Assembly (NCBI GenBank): GCA_037443035.1
Contig: JBBIPC010000015.1
Location: forward strand, 30,887 to 94,886
Direction of reading: 5' to 3'
From: Chthonomonadales bacterium
GTDB taxonomy: Bacteria; Armatimonadota; Chthonomonadetes; Chthonomonadales; CAJBBX01
DNA: 64,000 bases
Both the position numbers and the translations under genes were made by a program. Within the stretch, counting starts at the first letter, position 1. The number at the start of each line of letters is the position of its first letter. This document shows, piece by piece, positions 50,024-60,526 of the stretch. The notes under the pieces were generated by a model. That model had not been told where the DNA came from, ran no database searches, and saw only the letters and a program-made list of their open reading frames with translations.

Positions 50024-51211
50024 ATGCGGATAGGCATGTTCTCCGAATGCTATGAGCCGGTCCGCAACGGTGTCACCACGAGCGTGCATACGCTAGTTAC
50101 GCAGCTGCGGCGCCGTGGCCATCGTGTGATTCTCGTCGCACCGCACTACGCTTCGCACCGTGATCAGACACCGTTCGTGCTGCGTGTGCCATCCATCCAG
50201 ACGTGGCTGAACAAGGATTACCCCATCGCGTATCCCTTCTACCCCAGGCTCATACGTCAGTTCGGAGCGATAGGGCCGAACCTTGTGCACTCCCACAACC
50301 CCTTCTTTGTGGGCCTTCTCGCGGCTCGGCTGGCCGATCAGCACGGCATACCCCTCGTCTCCACCTACCACACCCTGTACAGTCACTACGGCCATTACCT
50401 ATTCTTCCTACCGGACGCTGCTGTACAGGGACTCCTGAAATGGTGGATTCCGGATTACTACAACCGCTGCGCCCATGTGATCGTTCCCTCCCAAGTAGCT
50501 CGAGACAACCTGCTCGAATACGGTGTATCCGTCCCCATCACAGTCATACCGACGGCCGTGCCCATGCCGGACCCGTCGGAGACCGCGCCCGAGGCACGAA
50601 AGGCTGCCCGTGCGCAGTGGGATATCCCCGAGGACTGCCCCCTCCTTCTCTACGTCGGACGCTTGGCGCAGGAGAAGAATGTCGAGCTGGTTCTCGATGC
50701 CTTCTCGGACTGTCAGCGGCGCTATCCAGATGCGCGCCTGCTCGTGGTGGGGGGAGGTCCGCACCTCGACAATCTGCGGCGGTACGCTGCCGAGCTTCCT
50801 GGAGCTGACCGCATCATCTACGCCGGTCCCATGGCTCATTCCGAGCTGCCGCCAGTCTACGCTGCCGCGGACTTGTTCGTGTTCGCATCGACAACGGAGA
50901 CACAGGGGCTGGTCATGGCCGAAGCCCGTGCCGCTGGCACGCCATGCGTCGTCGTTCGAGGTGGAGGCGCTTCAGAGACCGTGAGCCACAACGAGGACGG
51001 ACTGATCGTCGAGCCGACGCGCGAGGCTTTTGCCGAAGCGGTTCTCGCATTGTTGGGAGATCCGTCTCGGCTGGCAACCATGCGACAGGCCTGCCTCAGG
51101 AATGCACGCAACTACACGCCGGAGGCGATGACCGATTCGGTGCTCGAGGTGTACGCAGCCGTGCTCCAGCGAGACGCCGTCGGCACCGAGGAGGACACAT
51201 GCTCTTCTTGA
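50024..51211 (+). CDS. GT4 family glycosyltransferase (diacylglycerol glucosyltransferase-like)
   Basis: MRIGMFSE.Y.P..NGV, HSHNPF, TYHT, YVGRLAQEKN, TETQGLVMAEA. Confidence 0.9.
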   Translation: MRIGMFSECYEPVRNGVTTSVHTLVTQLRRRGHRVILVAPHYASHRDQTPFVLRVPSIQTWLNKDYPIAYPFYPRLIRQFGAIGPNLVHSHNPFFVGLLAARLADQHGIPLVSTYHTLYSHYGHYLFFLPDAAVQGLLKWWIPDYYNRCAHVIVPSQVARDNLLEYGVSVPITVIPTAVPMPDPSETAPEARKAARAQWDIPEDCPLLLYVGRLAQEKNVELVLDAFSDCQRRYPDARLLVVGGGPHLDNLRRYAAELPGADRIIYAGPMAHSELPPVYAAADLFVFASTTETQGLVMAEARAAGTPCVVVRGGGASETVSHNEDGLIVEPTREAFAEAVLALLGDPSRLATMRQACLRNARNYTPEAMTDSVLEVYAAVLQRDAVGTEEDTCSS

Positions 51212-51858
51212 CAGCAGCTCTGGACCTCGTCATCCACCTGGACCGCCACCTGGACGAGATCTTCCGCAACTACGGTACGTGGACCTATGCCATTCTGTTC
51301 GTCATCGTTTTCTGCGAGACCGGCCTGGTCGTCACGCCATTCCTACCCGGCGACTCCCTCCTCTTCGCTTCAGGTGCTCTTGCAGGACGAGGTGCGCTGG
51401 AGCTGCAATGGGTGCTTCTTGCGCTGGGTCTGGCGGCTTTCGCAGGCGACAACTCCAACTACTGGATCGGCAGGCTACTGGGCACGCGACTGCTGCGATC
51501 GGAGAGCTCGCGACTGCTGAACCGCAAGCACCTGGACCGAACCCACGCCTTCTTCGAGCGCTACGGCGGCAAGACGATCATCATCGCGCGGTTCGTGCCT
51601 ATCGTGCGGACCTTCACGCCTTTCGTCGCCGGCATAGGCGCCATGACGTACCCCCGTTTCCTGGTCTATAGCATCGTGGCTACCTGCTTGTGGCTCAGCG
51701 TGTGCGTGCTGACGGGCTACTTCTTCGGGGGGTTGCCGTTCGTCAAGAAGCACTTCAGCATCGTCGTGCTGGCCATCATCTTCATCTCCGTGCTGCCCGG
51801 CGTCATCGAGGTAGTCCGGAATCGCGCAAGAGCAAGACGATCGTCGAGCACTGCATGA
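51199..51858 (+). CDS. dedA: DedA family membrane protein
   Basis: GAGGAGG RBS; FCETGLVVTPFLPGDSLLF, GDNSNYWIG, ARFVPIVRTFTPFVAG. Confidence 0.92.
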   Translation: MLFLTAALDLVIHLDRHLDEIFRNYGTWTYAILFVIVFCETGLVVTPFLPGDSLLFASGALAGRGALELQWVLLALGLAAFAGDNSNYWIGRLLGTRLLRSESSRLLNRKHLDRTHAFFERYGGKTIIIARFVPIVRTFTPFVAGIGAMTYPRFLVYSIVATCLWLSVCVLTGYFFGGLPFVKKHFSIVVLAIIFISVLPGVIEVVRNRARARRSSSTA

Positions 51859-51964
51859 TCGTCAGGCCAACGTCCGTAGTTCTGGAGCGGACGGGGGTGT
51901 CTCCAAGTATGGCGGCTGGTTCGACATGCACTGCGCTTCCGCAGCAGGGCGATCCTTCACGGCC

Positions 51965-52022
51965 GTAGCGCAGGCGTCCTCGCCTGCGATGTCGGACCCT
52001 GCAGCCGAGACGGCTGCGCTAC
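51965..52022. repeat. Inverted pair of GTAG-type REP-like palindromes (REP doublet)
   Basis: GTAGC-GCAGGCG-TCCT-CGCCTGC on plus and GTAGC-GCAGCCG-TCT-CGGCTGC on minus, 13 nt apart, between convergent genes. Confidence 0.65.
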
Positions 52023-52065
52023 GAGCCCGGCCGCTGAGACGGCAACGACACTTACCTCGGCCGCT

Positions 52066-53373
52066 CTAGATGAGCTGTGTCTTGCCGGGAATGGCCATGG
52101 GCGCAATGGGCAACGAGCCGTCCCACTTCAGGTCCTTGGGGAAGAGGTCCTCCTGCGAAGCCAGGACATGGTCCCATGTAACCTCTGCACCCGTGTACGC
52201 GGCCATGCGGCCCATGATCCCTGCCAGCGTGCTGATGCCCATGCGGTGGCTATCGTTGATGGGCTTGCCTGCGCGGATGGACGCGAAGAGCTCGTTGTGC
52301 TCGATCTGGTACATGTCGCCCCCAGGCCCGTCGTAGGTCCAGTTCACCGCACCGGAGATCGTCACACGGCCCTTGATAACCCCGAACCCTTTCTCGCCGG
52401 CTAGATAGTCAGCGTTCTCGTTGAACGGACAGCCTGGTATCTGGCGCTGCGCCATGGTGGCCCTCATACCGCCCGGCCACTCGTAGAACACGTCAATGTG
52501 ATCGTAGATGTTGCCCTCGTTGTTGGGGTTCACACGACCACCGGTAGCAGTGCACTTGAGCGGTGGCACATCCTTCATGGCCCAGAGGATCTTGTCCACG
52601 CTATGGCACGCCTGTTCCACGAGGCCATCGCCAGATAGCCAAACGAAGTTGTACCAGTTGGCAATCTGCCATTCCACGTCGCTCATGCCGGCCGGTCGGG
52701 CGGAGGCTGGAGGCATAGGCTTGACCGGGCCCGTGAGATAGGTCGCGTGGACATGGCGGATCTCGCCGATAGCACCGTCGTGGATCCGCTGGTAGAACTC
52801 GCGGCGCGCCGGTTCGTAGCGCCAGCAGAAACCTGCGACAAAGGAAAGCTTCTTGGCATCGGCGGCCTTGGCGGCTTCCATGGCCTTGCGGACGTTCACC
52901 GCATCCGTACCCATGGGCTTCTCGGCGAAGATATGCTTGCCAGCCTCCACGGCCGCCATGATCTCCCGCGGGCGGAACCCGGGCGGGGAGGCCAGCAAGA
53001 CGACGTCCACGCCGCTGGCAATGACTGCCTTGTAGCAGTCCAAACCGACGAACATGTTCTCCGGTTTGACCTGTACCCGGCCTGCGATCTTCTCGTTGGC
53101 TTTGATGGCAGCAAGGCTACCATCAATCTTCGCCTTGTAGACATCGCCCATGGCGGTCAGGACGACATCCGGATCGGCGTTCAGGGCCTGAACTGCTGCG
53201 CCCGTGCCTCGTCCGCCGCATCCAATCAGACCTATCTTGAGCGTATCGCGCCGCCTGGCTCCTAGCGCTCGTGCGGGTAAGAACATCGGCATGGACATGG
53301 CGCTCGTCAACGCCGCCGCCCCGCTTTTCCGGAGGAACTCCCTCCGCGTCTGACTCTTGTCCTTCTCTTCCAT
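52066..53373 (-). CDS. Tat-exported Gfo/Idh/MocA oxidoreductase
   Basis: TRREFL twin-arginine signal; GLIGCGGRGTGA, HIFAEKP, EQACHSVD. Confidence 0.9.
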   Translation of the reverse strand: MEEKDKSQTRREFLRKSGAAALTSAMSMPMFLPARALGARRRDTLKIGLIGCGGRGTGAAVQALNADPDVVLTAMGDVYKAKIDGSLAAIKANEKIAGRVQVKPENMFVGLDCYKAVIASGVDVVLLASPPGFRPREIMAAVEAGKHIFAEKPMGTDAVNVRKAMEAAKAADAKKLSFVAGFCWRYEPARREFYQRIHDGAIGEIRHVHATYLTGPVKPMPPASARPAGMSDVEWQIANWYNFVWLSGDGLVEQACHSVDKILWAMKDVPPLKCTATGGRVNPNNEGNIYDHIDVFYEWPGGMRATMAQRQIPGCPFNENADYLAGEKGFGVIKGRVTISGAVNWTYDGPGGDMYQIEHNELFASIRAGKPINDSHRMGISTLAGIMGRMAAYTGAEVTWDHVLASQEDLFPKDLKWDGSLPIAPMAIPGKTQLI

Positions 53374-53475
53374 ATCCGAAACCCCATTTTTCAGGCCCAA
53401 GGGCCTGCTTCTAAGCTACTCTTCGACCCATGGACCTACTCTACCTCCTGCGGTAGCCTGCGTGTGTGGCGCTTC

Positions 53476-55461
53476 TCACTCCGCTTTGAGTACCCTGACG
53501 TCCGCCAAGTTGATCGCCTTCCACGTGGCTGGCGCTGCAGGGCGCACGACAAGGCTGTGCGTCCCCGCCTTCTTCACTCGTACTGTGCCTGCCGAGACTT
53601 CCACGTACTGGTCCCACCCACCGCTCGTGGGAATGGCTACTTCCAGACTGGTACCGGCTAGGTCCACCGTCGCCCTGACACCCTCATGGGGCGTGGCCAC
53701 CGCAAAGCGGATCTCGTAGACGCCGGGTTGTTTGACCTCGAGCCTCCATTCAGGCCATTCGGAAGCGGAGTCCCAGAACCCCAGGTTGTCCCGTCCACCA
53801 CGGCGCTCGGCGCGGATACCGGTACCGTGCAGATCGGCGTTCTCGACTTTCAGGACGAAGTTACCCTCTGCGTCGGGCTGCGCCACCGGCACGGAGGGAG
53901 GAGGAGGCGTGAACTCTCGCAATCGCGTGCCGGTGATTTTCAGGCCGATGGCGATCCCCGATAGGGGAGCATTCGGAAGTGTCACCGTCAGACCCTGGGT
54001 GTCCTGACGCCATGCGGGTTTGGTCTTGCATCCCAGCACAGCCACATTGCGCACACGGCCGGAACCGGCCTCGGTAGAGAGCGCACGAATGGTGACCTTA
54101 CCGTCGGCGGGTCGGCCCATAACGTACGCATAGAGGACGCCCCGTTTCCAGGTGAAGCGAATATCGGCTGCGGAATAGCTGTAGTCCTCTGCAAAATGAC
54201 CGCCTCGAACGCGAACCGGTCCTTCGCCATAAGTGATCCACGGTCGCGTCCCATAGATACCCTCGCCGTTGACCGACATCCACTCGGCCATCTGCTCCAG
54301 TACGTGCTCAGCTTCGGGATCGAGAGAGCCGTCGGGTCGTTGGACGACGTTCAGGAGCAGATTGCCGTTCTTGCTCACGATGTCGAGCAGCATGTGGATC
54401 ACCCAGTCGGCACCGCGGTAGCGCCAGGCCGAGTTGTAGTACCAGTCGCCTATAGAGGTGTCGGTCTGCCACGGGTACGGACTGATGGCGGCCATGGCGC
54501 CCCGCTCGAAGTCCTCCACCCAGCGGCCTTCCGACGGCTGCTTGCACGTGTAGACCCGATGCATGCGCGTGCCCACCCGCTCCGGATCGGAGTTGTAGAG
54601 ATGGGCGATCATAGCACGGCCAGTCTCGTTGCCGAACGGCACGCCGCCATCGGTGTAAAGGAGATCCGGCTTGTAACTGTCCACAAGATCGCGAATTCGC
54701 TCGAACCATGCCCGATGCCAGCGTGGATCCTTGCTGTACCATCCTGTATCCCCAGGTTCGGCGGGAAAGTGGTACAAGCTCTGGTACTCGGGATTCGCTC
54801 CGTCGTAGGGCACTCCCGCAAGAGGTCCTTCTTTATCGGACCCGTGGCTTGGCTGGAACCACGTGAAGCTCGCGCCAAGGTGCTCGGATACTCCGAACTT
54901 GAGGCCATGCTTCAGCGCGGCCTTCTGCCACTCACCAACCACATCCCGCTTCGGCCCCATCCTCACGGCGTTCCAGGGATTGTGCTTGGAGTTCCAGAGA
55001 TCGAAGTTGTCGTGGTGGCAGCCCATGCTCACGAAGTAGCGGGCGCCCGCCTTCTTGTAGAGAGCCATGAGCCGGTCGGGATCCCACTTCTCAGCCCTCC
55101 AGAGCGGGATGATGTCCTTGTATCCGTGCTCCGTGGGGTGGCCGTAGTGCTCCAGATGATGCTGGTACTGGCGGTGGCCCTGGATGTACATGTTGCGCGC
55201 GTACCAGTCACCAGCCATGGGAACTGCCTGCGGCCCCCAGTGCGACCAGATACCGAGCTTGGCATCGCGGAACCACTCAGGACAGCGGTACTGCTTCAGC
55301 GATTCCTCGGTGGGTCGAAAGGGGCCGGGAGCTATCGAAGGGGTATCCTCCTCGGCTGCAGCTACTGCCAGCACGCAGGCGAGGGAAAGGAGAAGAAGGG
55401 CGGTAAGCGGCATCGTGCGAAGCGGTCTCCTAAGACGCATATGGCATCGAATTCGGGGCAT
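53476..55461 (-). CDS. Alpha-L-fucosidase GH29 with C-terminal CBM-like domain
   Basis: PEWFRDAKLGIWSHWG, HHDNFDLW, PDLLYTDG, DIVSKNGNLLLN, NGEGIYGTRPW; signal peptide; start uncertain (55461 or 55440). Confidence 0.9.
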   Translation of the reverse strand: MPRIRCHMRLRRPLRTMPLTALLLLSLACVLAVAAAEEDTPSIAPGPFRPTEESLKQYRCPEWFRDAKLGIWSHWGPQAVPMAGDWYARNMYIQGHRQYQHHLEHYGHPTEHGYKDIIPLWRAEKWDPDRLMALYKKAGARYFVSMGCHHDNFDLWNSKHNPWNAVRMGPKRDVVGEWQKAALKHGLKFGVSEHLGASFTWFQPSHGSDKEGPLAGVPYDGANPEYQSLYHFPAEPGDTGWYSKDPRWHRAWFERIRDLVDSYKPDLLYTDGGVPFGNETGRAMIAHLYNSDPERVGTRMHRVYTCKQPSEGRWVEDFERGAMAAISPYPWQTDTSIGDWYYNSAWRYRGADWVIHMLLDIVSKNGNLLLNVVQRPDGSLDPEAEHVLEQMAEWMSVNGEGIYGTRPWITYGEGPVRVRGGHFAEDYSYSAADIRFTWKRGVLYAYVMGRPADGKVTIRALSTEAGSGRVRNVAVLGCKTKPAWRQDTQGLTVTLPNAPLSGIAIGLKITGTRLREFTPPPPSVPVAQPDAEGNFVLKVENADLHGTGIRAERRGGRDNLGFWDSASEWPEWRLEVKQPGVYEIRFAVATPHEGVRATVDLAGTSLEVAIPTSGGWDQYVEVSAGTVRVKKAGTHSLVVRPAAPATWKAINLADVRVLKAE

Positions 55462-55622
55462 GACGCCTTCTTCTCCATCGCCGTGCATCTTCCCTGCTAC
55501 GAGAAGATAACGAAGAGCCGCGCGGCTTTCCGACTGGTGCGCGCTCCGTTCTGACCAGAAGGGACAGCACCGGTCTTCCCGGAATACTGGTGCGTGCGTG
55601 CTTACCCACCCACGGAAGAGCA

Positions 55623-56225
55623 ATGCGCAATGCGATGATATACGACCTCGTCATGGCACCCTTCGAGCGGCTCGTCCTAGGACGCTGGAGGAAGGACTTG
55701 CTCGCATCTGCCGAAGGTACCGTGCTCGATATCGGCGCCGGCACGGGCTACACTCTGCGGCATTACCGGCAGCCAGACGCGGTCGTCCTGCTGGACTCCC
55801 GTCTGTCGTTGTTGCAGCGTGCCCACCGCCGGGTCACCTCGGTAGACTTCCCCGTCCACCTCGTAACCGGCGACGCCATGCATCTGCCCTTCCCGCACGA
55901 GAGCTTCGACACCGTCGTCGTTGCCCTGGCCATGTGCACGGTCGCCCGGCCCGTCCAGGCGTTCCATGAGATAGGCCGGGTCCTCCGTCCCGGCGGAAGA
56001 CTCCTCATGCTGGAACACGTGCGCGTGCGTAAGCCTCCCGTTGCTGCACTCCAGGACGTCCTTACGCCGGTTTGGTGCGCGGTTTCCGGCGGGTGTCACC
56101 TGAACCGTCCAACGCTCGACATCGCAGAAGCATGCGGCTTCGAAGCCATACGTGTTCAGCGCGGCATGGGCGGCTGGTTGGTCGCAGCCACCTTGCGACG
56201 CATCGAGGAACAGGTGCCGGTCTGA
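55623..56225 (+). CDS. Class I SAM-dependent methyltransferase
   Basis: VLDIGAGTG, GDAMHLPF..ESFDTV, RVLRPGG, GGCHLNR. Confidence 0.9.
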   Translation: MRNAMIYDLVMAPFERLVLGRWRKDLLASAEGTVLDIGAGTGYTLRHYRQPDAVVLLDSRLSLLQRAHRRVTSVDFPVHLVTGDAMHLPFPHESFDTVVVALAMCTVARPVQAFHEIGRVLRPGGRLLMLEHVRVRKPPVAALQDVLTPVWCAVSGGCHLNRPTLDIAEACGFEAIRVQRGMGGWLVAATLRRIEEQVPV

Positions 56226-56318
56226 ATCGAGCGAGATGTCCCTCAGCAGCAGCGCCCGGGTCACAACCTGCGAGCCTACTGGGTACAGTGAGAAGCAGCA
56301 ATGGTGGGAGGTAATGGG

Positions 56319-57143
56319 ATGGCTGACCTTGCCTTGCAGGGCGAAGCTCTAGTGCAGGAGATCAATGGGACGAATCCCCAGGCGGGCACATTGGCATTCT
56401 GGTGGCTGGGTCAGAACGGCTTCGCCTTCGCCGGCGGTGGCGCACGGGTGTATGTAGATCTTTATCTCAAGGACGACCCCAGGCGCGCCACGCCTGTTCC
56501 GTTCCTGCCCGAGCATCTCTTCGGCGCCGATCTCATCCTCGGTACCCATGATCATGGCGACCATGTAGACCGAACGGCCTTGCCTGGCGTCCTCGCAGCA
56601 TCGCCGAACGCCTGCATCGTCGTCTCCAAGGTCGTTGCGAGTCGGCTGATAGCTGAGGGCTACGAAGCACAGCGGATCCTGGGTCTGGATGACGGCCAGA
56701 GCCTGGAGATTGGCAACGTCCGCATATCTGCCATACGCGCAGCCCACGAGTTCTTCGACCGGGATCCCGACTTGGGCTATCCCCATCTCGGCTTCGCTGT
56801 GACCATGAACGGAGTAACCTTCTTCCACGCGGGCGATGGTGTGCCGTGGGAAGGCCTGATCAGCGCAGTGGCTGCCCACAAGCCTGATATCGTCTTCGTG
56901 CCTATCAACGGCAGGGACGGAGAGCGCTACCGGCGCAACATCATCGGAAACTTCACGTTCCAAGAAGCGGTGGATTTCTGCGGTGCACTGCGACCACGCC
57001 TCGCCGTGCCCATGCACTACGATATGTTCCCCGGTAACCAGGAACGCGTGGAGCGCTTCACGGATTACCTCACGGCCAAGTACCCCGATATACCGTTCTG
57101 GGTGGGCAGGCCAGGCGAGCGTGTATTCGCCGGTCCCTGGTAA
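56319..57143 (+). CDS. MBL-fold metallo-hydrolase (UlaG-like)
   Basis: WLGQNGF, THDHGDHVD, FHAGD, PING, PMHYDMF; GGAGGT RBS. Confidence 0.88.
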   Translation: MADLALQGEALVQEINGTNPQAGTLAFWWLGQNGFAFAGGGARVYVDLYLKDDPRRATPVPFLPEHLFGADLILGTHDHGDHVDRTALPGVLAASPNACIVVSKVVASRLIAEGYEAQRILGLDDGQSLEIGNVRISAIRAAHEFFDRDPDLGYPHLGFAVTMNGVTFFHAGDGVPWEGLISAVAAHKPDIVFVPINGRDGERYRRNIIGNFTFQEAVDFCGALRPRLAVPMHYDMFPGNQERVERFTDYLTAKYPDIPFWVGRPGERVFAGPW

Positions 57144-57159
57144 GGACGCTGACGACCGC

Positions 57160-60100
57160 CTAGCGCACGGGCAGCGTTGTCTCGGACGTGATTCGGACCG
57201 GTCCGAGCAGTCCCGATGGCTGGAGCGGCGAATCCTTGCGCCAGAGGCGCCACGACGTGAACGTGTAACGACCCGTGGGGCTGGGCTGATCGGATTCGAG
57301 CCACGTTGGCCATTCCACCAGGGTGCCATTTGCATGCCGACGGCTGTCTTCTGGTAGATACTCATCGCCGATCATGCGGTTCGGCCACAGATTGGTGACC
57401 CGGACCTCTAGGAGATTCGTTCCACGTTGAAGCGCTTTCGTCACGTCCACCACGTAAGGCGCTCTCCAGAGTGTCCCGAGATTCCTTCCGTTGAGACGCA
57501 CCTGGGCCATGACTTCCACACGACCGAGATCCAACCGCCATTGCAGGCCCATGCCCTTGGGTGTGGCTGGGGGCGTCCACTGGAACGTGGTGGCATAAGT
57601 AGCGGTCCCAGAGAAGTATCGTACGCCCGGTTCCGAGTGCTCGTGCCAGGAGATGAGCCGGCCCAGATGGATGGAAGCCGGCGCTCCCCACTTTGGAGGG
57701 AAGGTCACCTGCCAGGGGCCAGTTACCTGCGTCGTGCCGCCCATGACGCGCGCTCGGACAACCTCGCGTTTGCCCGAACGCCTCACGACCGTATAGGTAC
57801 CGGCGCCGGTACACTGCGCCCTGAGCCGCCCCCGGTCGTCCATGTTCAGGCGGATGGGCAACGGACGATCCGCAGGCATCTCGAAGGTGATCGTCTCAGG
57901 GTCGGTGGCGGCGGCGTGGAGGCGCTTACCCGATACCTCGTAATCAACCCTCAGCGTCTTCACAATGTTGACAGCCGGGTCTCCCTCTGCTGCCAGCTCG
58001 GCCACCGTGAAGGAAGGACCGACACGGTCCACCATGCGCTGAACTTGATCTGTGACGTCTTTGGTTCGTTGGGCATCACCGGCTGGCCCCCAGAGGGCCT
58101 TCAAGATCCGGACTCGAAGTTGTCTCTGCGCCGGAGGCCACATCACACGTCCGCCCGATAGGATCCGCACCACCGGATCCCTGGGAGCTGAGCTGGGCCG
58201 GAATACCACAAAGATGGACCCGGAGGGTTCCAGCGCCAGGCTCATGCGCGTCGTGCGCTGCGTCTCCACGTACGCCGCCACTAGCTCCGTCCGGCCGGTC
58301 AGTGGATCCCATAGCTCCGGTACCTTGCCAACCACGCGGAACTCACATGTGGCATTGACGGCAAACTGACTCTGGTTCGCGACGAAGTAGACATCTGTGG
58401 CGCCGATACGACGGTGAATCCAGTTCACCACCCTGTCGGCGCGGAGATCCGGCAGTACACCGAGCCCGGCCAGCACCTTCTCGACAGGGCGGTCGCTGAT
58501 GAGACGACGCGTAGAGCGTAGCTCGGCTGCCAAGCGTGCCGCCTCGGCATCGCACTGCGGATAGTTGGTCAGTCCCGGAGCCTTGGTGGGGACATCTCCC
58601 ACGATGGTGGCGCCTGCCCGGGACAGCCGCAACAGGGCGCGGAGAAGAGAAGGGCTCATGGCTTCCACGTTCGGAAGGAGTAGAACCCGGTACCGCATCC
58701 CACTCGGTGCGACGAGCAAGCCATTCTTCACCGTCAGGCTCTGGATCACGACTTCCGCCGGGCATCCGTCTGCCTTGTAGCCCGCGCGCACGAGCGTTGT
58801 CGGTGGGTTGAAGGAGCGGGCTGCGCCTTCGGGAGCCATGGCCAGCACGTCCGCCACCGGCATGCCCTGTTGCAGGAGATACTGGCATCGGCTCAGGTAT
58901 CTGTGCCACGGGCCGGATTGCTCCCACCATGTCTGCGTCCGCTCGTAATGCAGCCCCCATGGTCCCATGCTCATGCCGGGTCGGCGGTCGCGCCACGGTT
59001 GCAACGCATAGCGATGGAAGACGAAGCGGTTGATACCCAGGCTGAAGGCCCAGTCTCCCATGGCCTTGATGGAGCCAGGGTGGTAGAGCCATTTCTCGCC
59101 ATCTCCGGCTGTGAACGCCTCGGCACCCACGACGCGCTTGCCGTAGACATGGGCGGATCCGGCCATCTCCGTCAATGTGTTGCCAGCGCCATAGGGCGGC
59201 CACGACCAGAACTCACCCATGGGTTCGTCGCACCGACCAGCGTAGGCGAGGTCGTCCACCGTCGTGTCACCGTAGGCTTCGATGGTCAGGCGCATGCCAT
59301 GCCGATGGGCCAGCTCCCGCATGTGACCCGCGTAGTTCGCTAGCAGCAGGTCGGAGACAGTCTGGCGGACATCGTACAGGAAACGTTCGGACACTTCCAG
59401 GCTATCCACCACGCGTCCAGCGTAGACGGGAAGGAAGGGCAAAAGGTCGTAGCCACGCAGCCGCCGGAACTCCTCCCGAAAGCGAGGCGTCCAGTTCTGA
59501 GACCCGTTTTCCCAGCTATCTATATGTGTCGCAACGAAAGTCTTGCCGGCAAGATCCCCGGATTCGGCGACGATCTTCGCCATGAAGCCTGCCCAGTAAG
59601 CATCCAGTGCCTCGCTGCTGAGCTTGTCCACCTCTAGCCCGCGGCCGGACTCGGGAGCCGGCGCATTCATGGCACCTGTGGGCGTATGGCCGATGCGCAT
59701 GACCACCCACCGCCCTTCTGGCGCAGTCCAGTCGAGCGTACCGTCGGGGCTCATCCGGCTAGTAAGATCGAGGATACGATTGCGTGAGATGGCGACTCCG
59801 GCGGGTGTCTCGGGAAATCGTCCGGCGGGAGGACCATCGTAGCGCACATAAGCTGCCTTGCCCTCGACGCCTGGGATCCGGAATGGCGCAGGTTCCGGAA
59901 AAGCGATCACGGCGATGTCTCGATAGTAGTTCGCGACCGTAGGCGGCTGCGGCAAGGGTCCTGCTGGCCGCTGGCCGCCTTCGAGTACGGTCTCCGTCCA
60001 CACGACCTTCTGCATGGCATGCTCCGGTCGGACCCATGGTCCGCCGCTCCCGTTCCAGCCAGCATCGTTGTTCATGTTCACTTCCAGTCCCAGCCGGTGG

Positions 60101-60411
60101 GCTTCGTTGACCACATGGTGGAACAGATCGCGCCATTGCTCACCGGCAAACGGCACCGGCCCAAGCGGTGCCCCCTGATCCACCTCCATGATGAGGACAC
60201 CACCAATGCCCACACGTTTCATCGCCTCCAGGTCCAGCGTAATGCCTTCGCGAGTGATGTTGCCGTTGAGCCAAAACCAGTAGACCCACGGTCTGGCCCA
60301 GTTGGGTGGCTGCGCAAAGCCCCGCGCCAGATCCTCTCCTGCTCGTGCCGGTGGGCAGAGGAGAGCGAGCGTGGTAAGCGCTGCGAGAATGAGTCGGAAG
60401 CTTCGGATCAC
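57160..60411 (-). CDS. Exported GH106 alpha-L-rhamnosidase-like glycoside hydrolase
   Basis: GGAGG RBS then GTG 60411; signal peptide; RPWVYWFW, GWNGSGGPW, HIDSWE, PMGEFW, AEAFT, GINRFVFH, SGLLGPV. Confidence 0.88.
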   Translation of the reverse strand: MIRSFRLILAALTTLALLCPPARAGEDLARGFAQPPNWARPWVYWFWLNGNITREGITLDLEAMKRVGIGGVLIMEVDQGAPLGPVPFAGEQWRDLFHHVVNEAHRLGLEVNMNNDAGWNGSGGPWVRPEHAMQKVVWTETVLEGGQRPAGPLPQPPTVANYYRDIAVIAFPEPAPFRIPGVEGKAAYVRYDGPPAGRFPETPAGVAISRNRILDLTSRMSPDGTLDWTAPEGRWVVMRIGHTPTGAMNAPAPESGRGLEVDKLSSEALDAYWAGFMAKIVAESGDLAGKTFVATHIDSWENGSQNWTPRFREEFRRLRGYDLLPFLPVYAGRVVDSLEVSERFLYDVRQTVSDLLLANYAGHMRELAHRHGMRLTIEAYGDTTVDDLAYAGRCDEPMGEFWSWPPYGAGNTLTEMAGSAHVYGKRVVGAEAFTAGDGEKWLYHPGSIKAMGDWAFSLGINRFVFHRYALQPWRDRRPGMSMGPWGLHYERTQTWWEQSGPWHRYLSRCQYLLQQGMPVADVLAMAPEGAARSFNPPTTLVRAGYKADGCPAEVVIQSLTVKNGLLVAPSGMRYRVLLLPNVEAMSPSLLRALLRLSRAGATIVGDVPTKAPGLTNYPQCDAEAARLAAELRSTRRLISDRPVEKVLAGLGVLPDLRADRVVNWIHRRIGATDVYFVANQSQFAVNATCEFRVVGKVPELWDPLTGRTELVAAYVETQRTTRMSLALEPSGSIFVVFRPSSAPRDPVVRILSGGRVMWPPAQRQLRVRILKALWGPAGDAQRTKDVTDQVQRMVDRVGPSFTVAELAAEGDPAVNIVKTLRVDYEVSGKRLHAAATDPETITFEMPADRPLPIRLNMDDRGRLRAQCTGAGTYTVVRRSGKREVVRARVMGGTTQVTGPWQVTFPPKWGAPASIHLGRLISWHEHSEPGVRYFSGTATYATTFQWTPPATPKGMGLQWRLDLGRVEVMAQVRLNGRNLGTLWRAPYVVDVTKALQRGTNLLEVRVTNLWPNRMIGDEYLPEDSRRHANGTLVEWPTWLESDQPSPTGRYTFTSWRLWRKDSPLQPSGLLGPVRITSETTLPVR

Positions 60412-60526
60412 GGCCAGACCTCCAATGGCATGTGCGGCATATGCGCTACGTCTAGGTTCCTTCTGCTCGGTATGGTATCCTGCGCGCAATCATGGTTTGT
60501 ACACCGCAAGGCGGAGGACGCACACC

